From Thermoproteota archaeon (GTDB lineage: Archaea; Korarchaeota; Korarchaeia; Korarchaeales; Korarchaeaceae), in contig JAOZFH010000048.1 in NCBI GenBank assembly GCA_027491415.1, positions 1-42,801 of the forward strand: a stretch of 42,801 nucleotides of DNA, written 5' to 3'. A program made the position numbers and the translations under genes. Positions 1 through 10,859 of the stretch are shown piece after piece (positions within the stretch are counted from its first letter, which is position 1; each line of letters opens with the position of its first letter). The notes below the pieces were generated by a model. The model was not told the origin of the DNA, made no database searches, and was given only the letters and a program-made list of their open reading frames with translations.

Positions 1-840
1 GACGACCTCGTTGAGCTCCACAGGGCGGGTGTCAGGAGGGCCGCCCTGGAGGGGTGGAAGGTCCTGAACAACGGCGGCTCGGCCCTCGACGCGGTCGAAG
101 CCGCCGTGAAGGTCATGGAGGACGACACTACGTTTGACGCTGTCGTGGGCTCGTTCCTTAATCAGGAGGGCATGGTAGAGCTGGACGCAGCCATAATGGA
201 CGGGACGAACCTATCAGCGGGGGCCGTCGGGTCGGTCAACCGGGTGAGGCACCCCGTGAGCCTCGCCCGGGCCGTCATGGAGCACACCGAGCACGTCCTC
301 ATGATGGGCGAGGGGGCCCACAGGCTGGCCGAGAGGCTTGGCCTGGAGATGTGCGATCCCTCGTTCTTCGTCACAGAGAGGGAACTCGCCAGGTGGAGAG
401 AGGCTAAGGAGAGGGGATTCTCCCCGAGGCAGGCGTTCGCCAAGGACTCCACCGTCGGGGCGGTCGCCGTTGACTCCCAGGGGAGGTTCGCGGCGGCCCT
501 CTCCACGGGAGGCGTGCCCAACAAGCTACCCGGGAGGGTGGGCGACGTTCCCCTCATAGGGTGCGGTCTCTACGCCGACGGGCTCAAGGGGGCCGTGGCA
601 TGCACCGGCCTGGGGGAGTCCATAATCAGGGTGGTGCTCGCCAAGTCCACGGTGGACCTGCTGGGCGCCGGCCTGTCCGCCCAAGCTGCAGCCCAGGCCG
701 CCGTCGACCTACTTAGGAGGGTGGACGGGTACGGCGGGGTCATAGTTCTGGACAGGTCCGGCAGGGTGGGCTACGCGTACAACACTCCGAGGATGGCCGT
801 CGCCTACGTGAAGGACGGAGAGGTGTGGGCGGGTGTCTAG
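1..840 (+). CDS. Isoaspartyl peptidase/L-asparaginase (Ntn hydrolase), 5' end outside window
   Basis: Frame open from base 1 (GGSALDAVEAAVKVMEDD); ELDAAIMDG, catalytic TVGAVA, STGG, GRVGD, CTGLGE motifs. Confidence 0.93.
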   Translation, partial: DDLVELHRAGVRRAALEGWKVLNNGGSALDAVEAAVKVMEDDTTFDAVVGSFLNQEGMVELDAAIMDGTNLSAGAVGSVNRVRHPVSLARAVMEHTEHVLMMGEGAHRLAERLGLEMCDPSFFVTERELARWREAKERGFSPRQAFAKDSTVGAVAVDSQGRFAAALSTGGVPNKLPGRVGDVPLIGCGLYADGLKGAVACTGLGESIIRVVLAKSTVDLLGAGLSAQAAAQAAVDLLRRVDGYGGVIVLDRSGRVGYAYNTPRMAVAYVKDGEVWAGV

Positions 841-1678
841 GGCCGGCGTCCTACTGCTGTCGATCCTGCTCACAGGGTCGGCGGTCGGGGCGCTGGTCCT
901 TCTAGGCGGACGCGCCCCCTCGGCCCCCGCCCAGGGGTACGCACCACCCCCATCCAGGGGGGCCGTGTCGCCGGCCGCGGGCCCGCCGGCATCCCAGCCG
1001 GAGCAGGAGGACACGTTCTCACTGGAGTACCTGGACAGGTTCTTCGAGGAGCTGAGCAAGGACAGGTACTTGGTCGTGACGGTCAGGCAGTTCGTGGAGA
1101 GGTTCTCTGACGGGCCGATCCCCAGCGACAAGGTGGTCGTGATCCTGAGGCACGATGTGGACCACGACCCTTGGACGATGCTGAAGATAGCCGAGCTGGA
1201 GAGGAGGCACAACCTGACCTCCTCAGTCTATTTCCGGACGAGGGCGGAGTACAACGTGCTCAGCGAGAACGTGTCGGCCATCGTGAGGCTCCTCGCCAGC
1301 TGGGGGTTCGACGTGGGCCTGCACTACGAGGACCTCTACGCCGCCGGCTACAACGCGACCTTGGCCGCAGATTACTTCCGGCTCGACCTGGAGATCATGA
1401 GATCCCTGGCCCAGGTCAAGACGGTCTGCGCCCACGGGAACAAGGCGGACATGCCCTTGGGAAACTACGAGATGTGGGAGCTGGCCAACCTCACGCTGGA
1501 ACAGTTCGACCTGGAGGCGGAGTGCTACCTCACCGCCCTGCCCATCGTGAGGAGCTACGAGCATTACTACTTCGCCGACAACATGGGGAAGCCCCAGAGG
1601 TGGATCGACCAGGTGAGGAGGGCCCAGACGGGCATGGTCGTCTACGTGCTCATCCACCCGTGCTACTATCGCGGCTGA
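833..1678 (+). CDS. Membrane-anchored polysaccharide deacetylase-like (NodB fold) protein
   Basis: N-terminal hydrophobic helix plus Pro/Ala linker; ILRHDVD, VGLHYE, CAHG, LIHP motifs. Confidence 0.7.
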   Translation: MSRAGVLLLSILLTGSAVGALVLLGGRAPSAPAQGYAPPPSRGAVSPAAGPPASQPEQEDTFSLEYLDRFFEELSKDRYLVVTVRQFVERFSDGPIPSDKVVVILRHDVDHDPWTMLKIAELERRHNLTSSVYFRTRAEYNVLSENVSAIVRLLASWGFDVGLHYEDLYAAGYNATLAADYFRLDLEIMRSLAQVKTVCAHGNKADMPLGNYEMWELANLTLEQFDLEAECYLTALPIVRSYEHYYFADNMGKPQRWIDQVRRAQTGMVVYVLIHPCYYRG

Positions 1679-1688
1679 CCACGGAGGT

Positions 1689-2534
1689 TCAGAGGGGCTT
1701 CTCGTAGACTAGCATTCCCCTGGTCTTGGGGTGCCTGAATCCAGCTTCCACGAGGCCTTTTAGGGTATCCTCCGAGGCCCTCACTTGCCCGTAGACTCTC
1801 TCGAGTTTGAATCTCCTGGCCTCGAGCCGCGCGAGGACTCCAAGCTCCCTGGCGGATTCCCTAGACCCCGACAGGTAGTCCAGCATGAGGAACGGCCCAC
1901 CGAACGAGTACGGCTGCCAGAGAGCAAGCCCATCGTATCTTCCCACCGCGAACGCGAACCCCTCTTCGGCGTAGAGGCGCAGGTCATCCGCAGTGAGGGT
2001 AGAGTAGGAGTACCAGTCGAACTTCAGAGGCCTCCCGTCCCTCTCCCTGGCCCACATCTCCGCGGAGCCCGCCTCCTCGGGCCCGAGGGGCCTCACTCGA
2101 TCGACCTGCCCCCTGGATAGGGGAGAGGCGCGCACCCGGACGACCCTCGCCCTCAGCCTGAACCCGAGCTTCTCGGCCAGCCTCTGGGCCGCCAGGTTCT
2201 CCACCGAGGTGGCCAACGTCGCCAGGGTCTTACCTCGAGACCTCGCGCGCCCCAGGCACTCCAGGGTGAGCTGGGCCGCGATCCCCCTCCTCCTGTACCT
2301 GGGGTGCACCCTGGCGCCTGCCAGGTAGGCCTCGCCGGCGGGCCTGTACTCGACGTACATGATCCCGACGACCCTCCCGTCGACCTCAGCCACGAGCAGG
2401 TCTCCGGAGGGGGAGGAAAGCCACTCCCTCCACACCCCCATGATGAAGTCGCCTCCACCCCAGACCTCCGCCAGCATCTCGGCCACTTGCCTCCTGTCGG
2501 ACGGGGCCGCCTCCCGGATCAGGGGCAGGGACAT
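1689..2534 (-). CDS. GNAT family N-acetyltransferase
   Basis: VHPRYRRRGIA acetyl-CoA motif A and ENLAAQRLAEKLGF motif B. Confidence 0.88.
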   Translation of the reverse strand: MSLPLIREAAPSDRRQVAEMLAEVWGGGDFIMGVWREWLSSPSGDLLVAEVDGRVVGIMYVEYRPAGEAYLAGARVHPRYRRRGIAAQLTLECLGRARSRGKTLATLATSVENLAAQRLAEKLGFRLRARVVRVRASPLSRGQVDRVRPLGPEEAGSAEMWARERDGRPLKFDWYSYSTLTADDLRLYAEEGFAFAVGRYDGLALWQPYSFGGPFLMLDYLSGSRESARELGVLARLEARRFKLERVYGQVRASEDTLKGLVEAGFRHPKTRGMLVYEKPL

Positions 2535-2576
2535 CCCTTTCCGGGCGCGGGGCCCGCCTAAAACCGCTCGCCGGCA

Positions 2577-2596
2577 TAGTAACGGAAAGGTTTATA
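2577..2596 (+). promoter_or_regulatory. Promoter of heat-shock regulator with overlapping imperfect operator
   Basis: GGAAAGG-TTTATA about 30 nt upstream of ATG 2624; overlaps GTAAC-N6-GTTT, which resembles the hsp20 palindrome. Confidence 0.55.
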
Positions 2597-2623
2597 GTTC
2601 CCGAGAGAGGTTGACATCACGGA

Positions 2624-3124
2624 ATGGCGGGAGACTATGCCCTAAAGGAGCTTTTGGAGCTTATGAAGCTGCTGTCAAGCGAGACGAGGCTGAAGATACT
2701 GGAGATACTTGCCGAAGAGCCCGTGTACCTAGAGGAGCTAGCCAGGCAGATGGAGATGACTAGGCAGGCCGTGCTTAAGCACCTCGAGGCTCTGTCCCAG
2801 CTGGGCATAGTCTCCCCCCTCCGAGAGCAGAGGGGATCGAGGGGGCCTCCTAGGACGTTCTACATGCTGAACCGATCGGTTCACCTCTCCGTTCACGTGG
2901 GCAGGGGAGGAGTTCTGCTCCGCACCTCCTCCCCGGCCAGGCCGGAGAGGGTGTCGATCGAGGCCGTGAAGAGATTGATGGAGGAAGGCGAGTCTCTGGT
3001 CGAGAGAGACCCTGACGCCGCCCTGAAGCTCACGGAAGAGGCCCTATCGGAGCTCACAGACCTGGAGGCTTACATCCTGTGGCTCAGAGAGCGGGCCGCG
3101 AGACGCAAGGTTTATATATGGTAG
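2624..3124 (+). CDS. ArsR-family wHTH regulator, probable heat-shock repressor (Phr/HSR1-like)
   Basis: ETRLKILEILA...TRQAVLKHLEAL...GPPRTFY HTH, C-terminal coiled coil, directly upstream of hsp20 and cdc48. Confidence 0.82.
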   Translation: MAGDYALKELLELMKLLSSETRLKILEILAEEPVYLEELARQMEMTRQAVLKHLEALSQLGIVSPLREQRGSRGPPRTFYMLNRSVHLSVHVGRGGVLLRTSSPARPERVSIEAVKRLMEEGESLVERDPDAALKLTEEALSELTDLEAYILWLRERAARRKVYIW

Positions 3125-3141
3125 TGTAACCATCCAGTTAC
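3106..3141 (+). promoter_or_regulatory. hsp20 promoter plus palindromic operator
   Basis: CAAGG-TTTATATA at 3106-3118; GTAAC-catcca-GTTAC at 3126-3141. Confidence 0.65.
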
Positions 3142-3165
3142 TATGGAGAACGAGGGGTCGAGGGG

Positions 3166-3675
3166 GTGAGGGGCGTGTACTGGAGCAGGTGGTTCAGGAG
3201 GATTATGGAGGACCTCGAGAGGGAGTTTGAGAGGTTTGAGATGGAGCTCGACAGGATGTTCAGCTCCGTCGGCAGCGGGCGCGGGGAGGTCATAGGACCG
3301 TACGTCTACGGCTTCAGCGTCACCGTAGGGCCGGAGGGGGTCCCGGTGGTCAGGACCTTCGGCAACGTCCCCAAGGCTGAGGAGGGGTACAGGACGCCCT
3401 TCGTAGACGTGATACTGGACGAGAAAGCCAACCAGGTCAGGGTAATCGCCGAGCTCCCGGGCGTCAGCAAGGAGGACGTAGACGTCAACGCCACCGAGCG
3501 CAGCGTAGAGATCAGGGCCGAGAGGGGAGACAGGAAGTACAGGGCCGTCGTGGACCTGCCGGTGGAGGTGGACGTTGGCAGCGCGAAGGCCAGCTACAAC
3601 AACGGCGTGCTGGAGATAACGTTCAAGCCGAGGCGGGAGGTCAGGCCGAAGGGCACCAGGATCAAGGTTGAGTGA
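3166..3675 (+). CDS. hsp20: Archaeal small heat shock protein Hsp20
   Basis: GPYVYGFSVTVGPEGVP, AELPGVSKEDV, ASYNNGVLEI, C-terminal IKVE. Confidence 0.95.
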   Translation: MRGVYWSRWFRRIMEDLEREFERFEMELDRMFSSVGSGRGEVIGPYVYGFSVTVGPEGVPVVRTFGNVPKAEEGYRTPFVDVILDEKANQVRVIAELPGVSKEDVDVNATERSVEIRAERGDRKYRAVVDLPVEVDVGSAKASYNNGVLEITFKPRREVRPKGTRIKVE

Positions 3676-3690
3676 GCCACATCCCCCGAC

Positions 3691-3696
3691 TTTTTT
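3691..3696 (+). terminator. Oligo-T terminator after hsp20
   Basis: T6 run 15 nt after the stop codon. Confidence 0.45.
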
Positions 3697-3746
3697 ACGT
3701 TCACGGCTGGAATGATTTGATGGTCAATGGGGGTTTGGCACTTTGA

Positions 3747-6032
<2,286 letters not shown>

Positions 6033-6104
6033 GGTCGCGAGATGCGGGGCCGGGGGGCGCCCCGGCACCCAGACCTTTTTCTATCAGACCTGCGCCTTCC
6101 CCCC

Positions 6105-6641
6105 GTGCCCTCGGGTGACTTCAATCTCATAGTGACATCCCCTAGGAACATGGAGTTCGCCGCCAAGAGCGAGATCGAGGCGGCCCTCAGGGAGCTGGGA
6201 GACCCAGAGCCCAAGGCGTGGCCCAGCACAGTAAGGGGAGTCATCTTCGTAAGGACAAGCCTGACCAGGGAGGAGGTCCTCTCCGGCCTCCGTGAGATGG
6301 CCAGAGAGCGTCCGTTCAACCTCGTGAACGTGAAGAGGGTCATACCGGTGGACCTCGTGGTCGAGACCGATGTTGAGAGGATAGCAGAGGCCGCGGGAAC
6401 GCTCGCGGATCGGATCGCCGAGGGCGAGACCTACAGGGTCACGGTTGAGAAGAGGCACACCCGGCTTCACTCCATGGACGTCATCAGGGCTGTGGCGGCG
6501 AGGTTCGACAGGGAGGTTGACCTTGAGAGGCCTGACAAGGTGGTCCTGGTGGAGATCGTGGGCCCAGTTACGGCCATCTCCGTGATAAGGCCTGACGAGA
6601 TCATCTCAGTGGAGAAGGAGTGGCGGGGACCCGGTGAGTGA
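6105..6641 (+). CDS. THUMP-domain RNA-binding protein (Tan1-like)
   Basis: RVIPVD, ETYRVTVEKR, VDLERPDKVVLVEIVG; start uncertain (GTG 6105 chosen). Confidence 0.85.
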   Translation: MPSGDFNLIVTSPRNMEFAAKSEIEAALRELGDPEPKAWPSTVRGVIFVRTSLTREEVLSGLREMARERPFNLVNVKRVIPVDLVVETDVERIAEAAGTLADRIAEGETYRVTVEKRHTRLHSMDVIRAVAARFDREVDLERPDKVVLVEIVGPVTAISVIRPDEIISVEKEWRGPGE

Positions 6642-6868
6642 GGGATGTCCCTGCCCTAGAGAGAATCAGGGACCGTTCTTTTAGGCTTTGAACACCCCAC
6701 GACTCCCGGAGAGCATTTCAACGAGGAGACCGAGCCCCGCAGTCCCGCCGTCGAGGGGTTGCCCAAGGGGCCCCGCGTGGGGCAGGCGGCAAGGGGCACC
6801 GCGCGTCGGGACTCGTCCCAATCCCGGAGAAAAAGAGAGGAGTGGGAGGGGTACGCTGCCCCCGGAGG

Positions 6869-7447
6869 TCACTCAGTTCGCTCCTCCAGCTCGTCGAGCG
6901 CCTTCTTGACCATCAGCAGCTGGCGCTGCAGGATCTCCCTCTGCTTGTCCAGGATCTCGAGCTGCCTCTGGAGCACCCATCGCTGGAACTCCAGCGCCTC
7001 CCTCTGCCTCTCTAATAGGTACTTCGGCGGCCTAGGGGGCACCACGGGCGCGGGGTAGCGCGCGGGGAACTGAGGCCAAGCGGCGGCAGCCGGAGGCAGC
7101 CAAGGTCCAGCCGCGGGCGTGCCGGCGGCCGCCTCGATGGCCTCCCTCGCAGTCACCCCAGCCATCCCCGGGAGGACCCACACCCCGGACCTGGCCAGCT
7201 CCGCTGCCTCAATCGGGCTCACGAGCCCGGTTATGAGTATAAAGGCCCCAGATCCTCTGAGAACGCCCGCCAGGCGGCGGAGATCCCTCTCCCCGGGGTC
7301 TACGGGAATCACCTCGACGTCCCAGGTGGAGGGGTCCACGACGGTGATCGCCGAGGCATCCCCCAGCGAGTCCGAGACCCTCGCGTCAAGCCCGCCGGGG
7401 TCGTCCGTGGCTACCGCCACCTTCCCCAGGAGACCGACCCACACCAT
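6869..7447 (-). CDS. NifB/NifX-family (FeMo-co-binding fold) protein with Pro-rich linker and C-terminal coiled coil
   Basis: KVAVATDDPGGLDARVS...ILITG...TAREAIEA; tail LERQREALE...KKALDELE; ATG 7447 after GGTGAGG. Confidence 0.72.
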   Translation of the reverse strand: MVWVGLLGKVAVATDDPGGLDARVSDSLGDASAITVVDPSTWDVEVIPVDPGERDLRRLAGVLRGSGAFILITGLVSPIEAAELARSGVWVLPGMAGVTAREAIEAAAGTPAAGPWLPPAAAAWPQFPARYPAPVVPPRPPKYLLERQREALEFQRWVLQRQLEILDKQREILQRQLLMVKKALDELEERTE

Positions 7448-7452
7448 CCGCC

Positions 7453-7716
7453 TCACCACCACAGGAGGAGCCACGGGAGCGCCCAGTAGGTCCCGAGCAG
7501 GAGTCCTCCCAGGATCGGCAGCGCGGCGATCTTCCACCACCCGCCCGAGGTTGACGTGGGCCACCAGAGCCAGTACCACGGGTACCAAGAGTAGGACCAG
7601 ATCCACAGCCAGTACCACGGGTGGCTCCAGTAGAGGGTCATTAGGGGGTATAGGGAAAACATATCCAAGTACCAGTAGGGATAGACCGTTCCCAGCCAGA
7701 ACCAGGGGTTGTACAT
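7453..7716 (-). CDS. 87-aa Trp/Tyr/Pro-rich small membrane protein, function unknown
   Basis: ATG 7716 about 30 nt downstream of AAAAAG-TTTATTA; 19 W and 11 Y; repeated PWYWLW; stop overlaps the SD of the next gene. Confidence 0.65.
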   Translation of the reverse strand: MYNPWFWLGTVYPYWYLDMFSLYPLMTLYWSHPWYWLWIWSYSWYPWYWLWWPTSTSGGWWKIAALPILGGLLLGTYWALPWLLLWW

Positions 7717-7875
7717 CTGGCCGCGCCGCCTTTGTTGAGCCCCGCTAATAAACTTTTTACCCGTCAAACCGCGGCCGCCATACCCGGGCCGGCGCGCCGC
7801 CCCCCAGCCCCGCCCCGCCGGAGAAGGGCCCACCAAGGGTCGGCCGCCGGCTGGCCTTCAGCTGGAGCTCGCACC

Positions 7876-8751
7876 CTATCCCTCGACAGACACCCCAGAC
7901 CGGTCGAACGTCAGCGCCAACCCCATGTGCCCGTCCCCATACGCACTCGGCATGGCCTCACGGAAGAAGGACCGCGCTCGCTCGCCGGAGCAGTGAAGCG
8001 GCGCTACGAATTCCACGCCCAGTGACCTGAACACCCTGGCGATCCCCTCGAGCCTGGCCTCGGTGGCCGATCCCAGGTGGAACCCACCCAGAACCGCGTA
8101 GAGTCTCTCATCCGCTATCTCCGCCGCCCTCTGAGCCATCAACTCGACCTTCGGGTGAGCGCATCCAGTTATCAGGACGGCGCCGAGCCCGCTCACGTTG
8201 ACGATGAGGCCCTGCTCGGCCGGGGGACCCCACATGCTGCCCGTCGTCCAGACGCCGTTTGATAGCTCGGTTGGGTCGTCCAGCTCAGTCACCTCTAGGC
8301 CGAGGGATCTGATGCTTCTCAAGACGGCCGGATCCGCCCCGCTGGGCACGTACACCAGCAGGCCCGGGGACACCCTCGCCAGGTAGGGGAGGCCGCCGAC
8401 GTGATCCCCGTGATGGTGCGAGATCACCACGAGGTCCACGTCTGACAGGTCCACGCCCAGTTCTCTGGCGTTCCGCTTTAGGACGTCCGGATCAGGGCCA
8501 GAGTCGAACAGGATCTTCACCCCGTCCGCCTCCACCAGCGCGGAGAACCCCCAGGCCGACTTTAACGCTGGCGGTCCGGGGTTGTTGTCCACGATTACCG
8601 ATACCCTGAGCTCCCTCACCGACCCCCCGGACGGCCTCGCCGGACCCGGCCGCACGGGGTTTGACCTCCCGAGGAGGGCCCAGGTCAGAGCGGCCGTCAC
8701 GAGCCCAATCAGCGCGGACGCAAGGAGCAGCCTCGCCGACCGAGGGGCCAC
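7876..8751 (-). CDS. MBL-fold metallo-hydrolase (MJ0301/DHPS-like subgroup) with N-terminal membrane anchor
   Basis: WGFSALVE, ILFDSG, SHHHGDHVGG, TGCAHP, GGFHL, PLHCSG. Confidence 0.88.
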   Translation of the reverse strand: MAPRSARLLLASALIGLVTAALTWALLGRSNPVRPGPARPSGGSVRELRVSVIVDNNPGPPALKSAWGFSALVEADGVKILFDSGPDPDVLKRNARELGVDLSDVDLVVISHHHGDHVGGLPYLARVSPGLLVYVPSGADPAVLRSIRSLGLEVTELDDPTELSNGVWTTGSMWGPPAEQGLIVNVSGLGAVLITGCAHPKVELMAQRAAEIADERLYAVLGGFHLGSATEARLEGIARVFRSLGVEFVAPLHCSGERARSFFREAMPSAYGDGHMGLALTFDRSGVSVEG

Positions 8752-8835
8752 GTGCCCCCCGGAGCCGCACGCGTATAACTTAACCGTCCCCGGCGTGAGC
8801 TTAGACCCACCCGAAAAGAAGGGGGGAGAGGGCCT

Positions 8836-10185
8836 TCATCCGTATATCTTCCCCTCTGGCGGCGTTGGAATGACCCCCGACTTCACGAGTGCGTCCATCT
8901 GCTCCCTCGCCCTCCTAATCATGAACTCGGCCCTCTCGTAGAGCTCGTCCCTGCCGTAGGTCTCCCTGGCCACTCCCTGCTCTATGGCCCTCATGGCCAC
9001 CGCGACCGCGACCCTCGGGTACACCTCCCACTCCTCCATGGTCGGGATGATGTAGTCCTCGTGGATGCCCTTCTCCTCGGCGAACTTGGCCAGCTCGAAC
9101 GCGGCAGCTGCGGCCATCTCGTCCGTGATGGTCCTTGCCTTGACGTCCAGCGCGCCCCTGAAGACGGACGGGAAGACGAGGCTGTTGTTCACTTGGTTCG
9201 GGAAGTCGCTCCTCCCGGTTGCCACGACCCTGGCGCCGGCCTCCTTGGCCTCCCACGGCCAGATCTCCGGCACCGGGTTCGCCTCCACGAACACGATCGG
9301 GTCGGGCGCCATGCTGCGGATCCACTCCTTCTTGATGACTCCTGGGCCGGGCTTCGAGGCCGCGATCACGACGTCCATGTCCCTGAGGGCCTCTGGAATT
9401 CCCCCCGTCCTCCCCTCGGCGTTGGTCTTGACGGCCCACTCATACTTCCACGGGTTCTTCTCCTTCAGCCGCTCCATGTCCGGCCTGTCCTTGTGGAGGA
9501 TACCCTTGGAGTCCACCATGACCCACCTCTTCGGGTCCCCGCCGGCGACCTCGATCACCCTGGCGCTCGCTATGTTGGCCGCCCCACACCCGATGAACGC
9601 TATCTTGGCCTCGCTGAGCTTTCTGTCCGTCAGCTTGAGGGCGTTGATCAGCCCGGCGAGGGTGGCGCCCGCGGTGCCCTGCTGGTCGTCGTGCCAGACG
9701 CAGATCTCTGTCTCCCTTCTGAGCCTCTCGAGGATGTAGAAGCACTTGGGCGAGGAGATGTCCTCCAGGTTCACGCCGCCCACGGCGGGCTCCATGGCCT
9801 TCACTATCTCGATGAACCTGTCGGGATCCTTCTCGGCTATCGGGAGCGGGAACGCGTCCACGCCGCCTAGGTACTTGAAGATGAGGGCCTTCCCCTCCAT
9901 CACGGGCATGCTGGCCTCCGGCCCTATGTCCCCCAGGCCGAGGACCCTGGTACCGTCCGTCACGACGAGGATTGTGTTCCACCTGTTGGTGTACTTGAAG
10001 CTCAGCTCCTTGTCCCTGGCGATGGCGCGGCAGACTTCGGCCACCCCAGGAGTGTACCAGACGGCGAAGTCCTTCAGCGCGAACACGGGGACCCTAGGGG
10101 CAACCTCGATCTTGCCTCCGTAGAACTTGGCGAACTTGATGGCCAACTCGTACGGCTTGTTTACCTCAGACTCCTTCTCTCCCAT
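8836..10185 (-). CDS. mae: NAD(P)-dependent malic enzyme
   Basis: WYTPGVAE, TDGTRVLGLGDIG, MEGKA, NLEDI, HDDQQGTA, TGRSDFPNQVNN. Confidence 0.96.
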   Translation of the reverse strand: MGEKESEVNKPYELAIKFAKFYGGKIEVAPRVPVFALKDFAVWYTPGVAEVCRAIARDKELSFKYTNRWNTILVVTDGTRVLGLGDIGPEASMPVMEGKALIFKYLGGVDAFPLPIAEKDPDRFIEIVKAMEPAVGGVNLEDISSPKCFYILERLRRETEICVWHDDQQGTAGATLAGLINALKLTDRKLSEAKIAFIGCGAANIASARVIEVAGGDPKRWVMVDSKGILHKDRPDMERLKEKNPWKYEWAVKTNAEGRTGGIPEALRDMDVVIAASKPGPGVIKKEWIRSMAPDPIVFVEANPVPEIWPWEAKEAGARVVATGRSDFPNQVNNSLVFPSVFRGALDVKARTITDEMAAAAAFELAKFAEEKGIHEDYIIPTMEEWEVYPRVAVAVAMRAIEQGVARETYGRDELYERAEFMIRRAREQMDALVKSGVIPTPPEGKIYG

Positions 10186-10295
10186 ACGGACCAGCCGAGC
10201 GTCGATGGAATAATAATGTAAAAATATTTGCCCAACGTGCCCGCCCGAGACCGGCAGGTGGCGCAAACCGTTTTAGGGCGCTTGCGGAGAGGGTC

Positions 10296-10490
10296 TTGAT
10301 GCCCACAGAACGCGAGGAACGTGGAAAGGCCATCAATGTTAAGCTCGACTGCGAACAGGTGACGGCATCCCTCCTCCCAGCTATAGATCTCCCCGAGGAC
10401 GAGATCGGCAGGCTGGAGGGTCTTTTAGCCCAGGTGGAGATGGGAGAATACGAGGATCTCGAGAGCCACAGGAGGAGGCTCGGGGATTGA
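10296..10490 (+). CDS. Small acidic protein, possible antitoxin-like
   Basis: 64 aa; C-terminus VEMGEYEDLESHRRRLG resembles archaeal RelB-type tails; TTTTA about 20-25 nt upstream. Confidence 0.4.
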   Translation: MMPTEREERGKAINVKLDCEQVTASLLPAIDLPEDEIGRLEGLLAQVEMGEYEDLESHRRRLGD

Positions 10491-10501
10491 CCCGGCGGAT
10501 T

Positions 10502-10759
10502 TCAAAACTCCTCGATCACGTCGAGGACCTCTATCCTCCTCTGTTCCCAGTCGACGTGGTATAGGACTCTCACGCCGCCGACATCGGCCGCGACGTATCC
10601 AAAGTGTCCCCGTATCCTCCACAGCCTCCCCTGACCCAGGGGGGTGGCGGTCTCCTCTAGGTGCTTGAGGAACTCCACAACCTTCCCCCGCGGGACCTCG
10701 TCCAACCTGGAGATCTTCTCGGCCGCGACGCGCGAGAGCCTGACCTCGTAGAGCGGCAT
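10502..10759 (-). CDS. RelE/ParE-family toxin-like protein
   Basis: YEVRLSRVAAEKISRLD...VGGVRVLYHVDWEQRRIEVLDV. Confidence 0.72.
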   Translation of the reverse strand: MPLYEVRLSRVAAEKISRLDEVPRGKVVEFLKHLEETATPLGQGRLWRIRGHFGYVAADVGGVRVLYHVDWEQRRIEVLDVIEEF

Positions 10760-10859
10760 CGGCAGAGAGAGGCGAAGGGAGGTCAAAACCTTTTTCAGAC
10801 CCTCGGGGCGCGGACTCGGTCAACGTTTTTCGGGTCGGCCGGGGAGGATGGGGGGAGCT

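Noticed and set aside
7448-7618. Hydrophobic N-terminal extension of the NifB/NifX ORF read as a signal peptide
   Set aside because: It is the alternate frame of the Trp-rich ORF; ATG 7447 has its own SD
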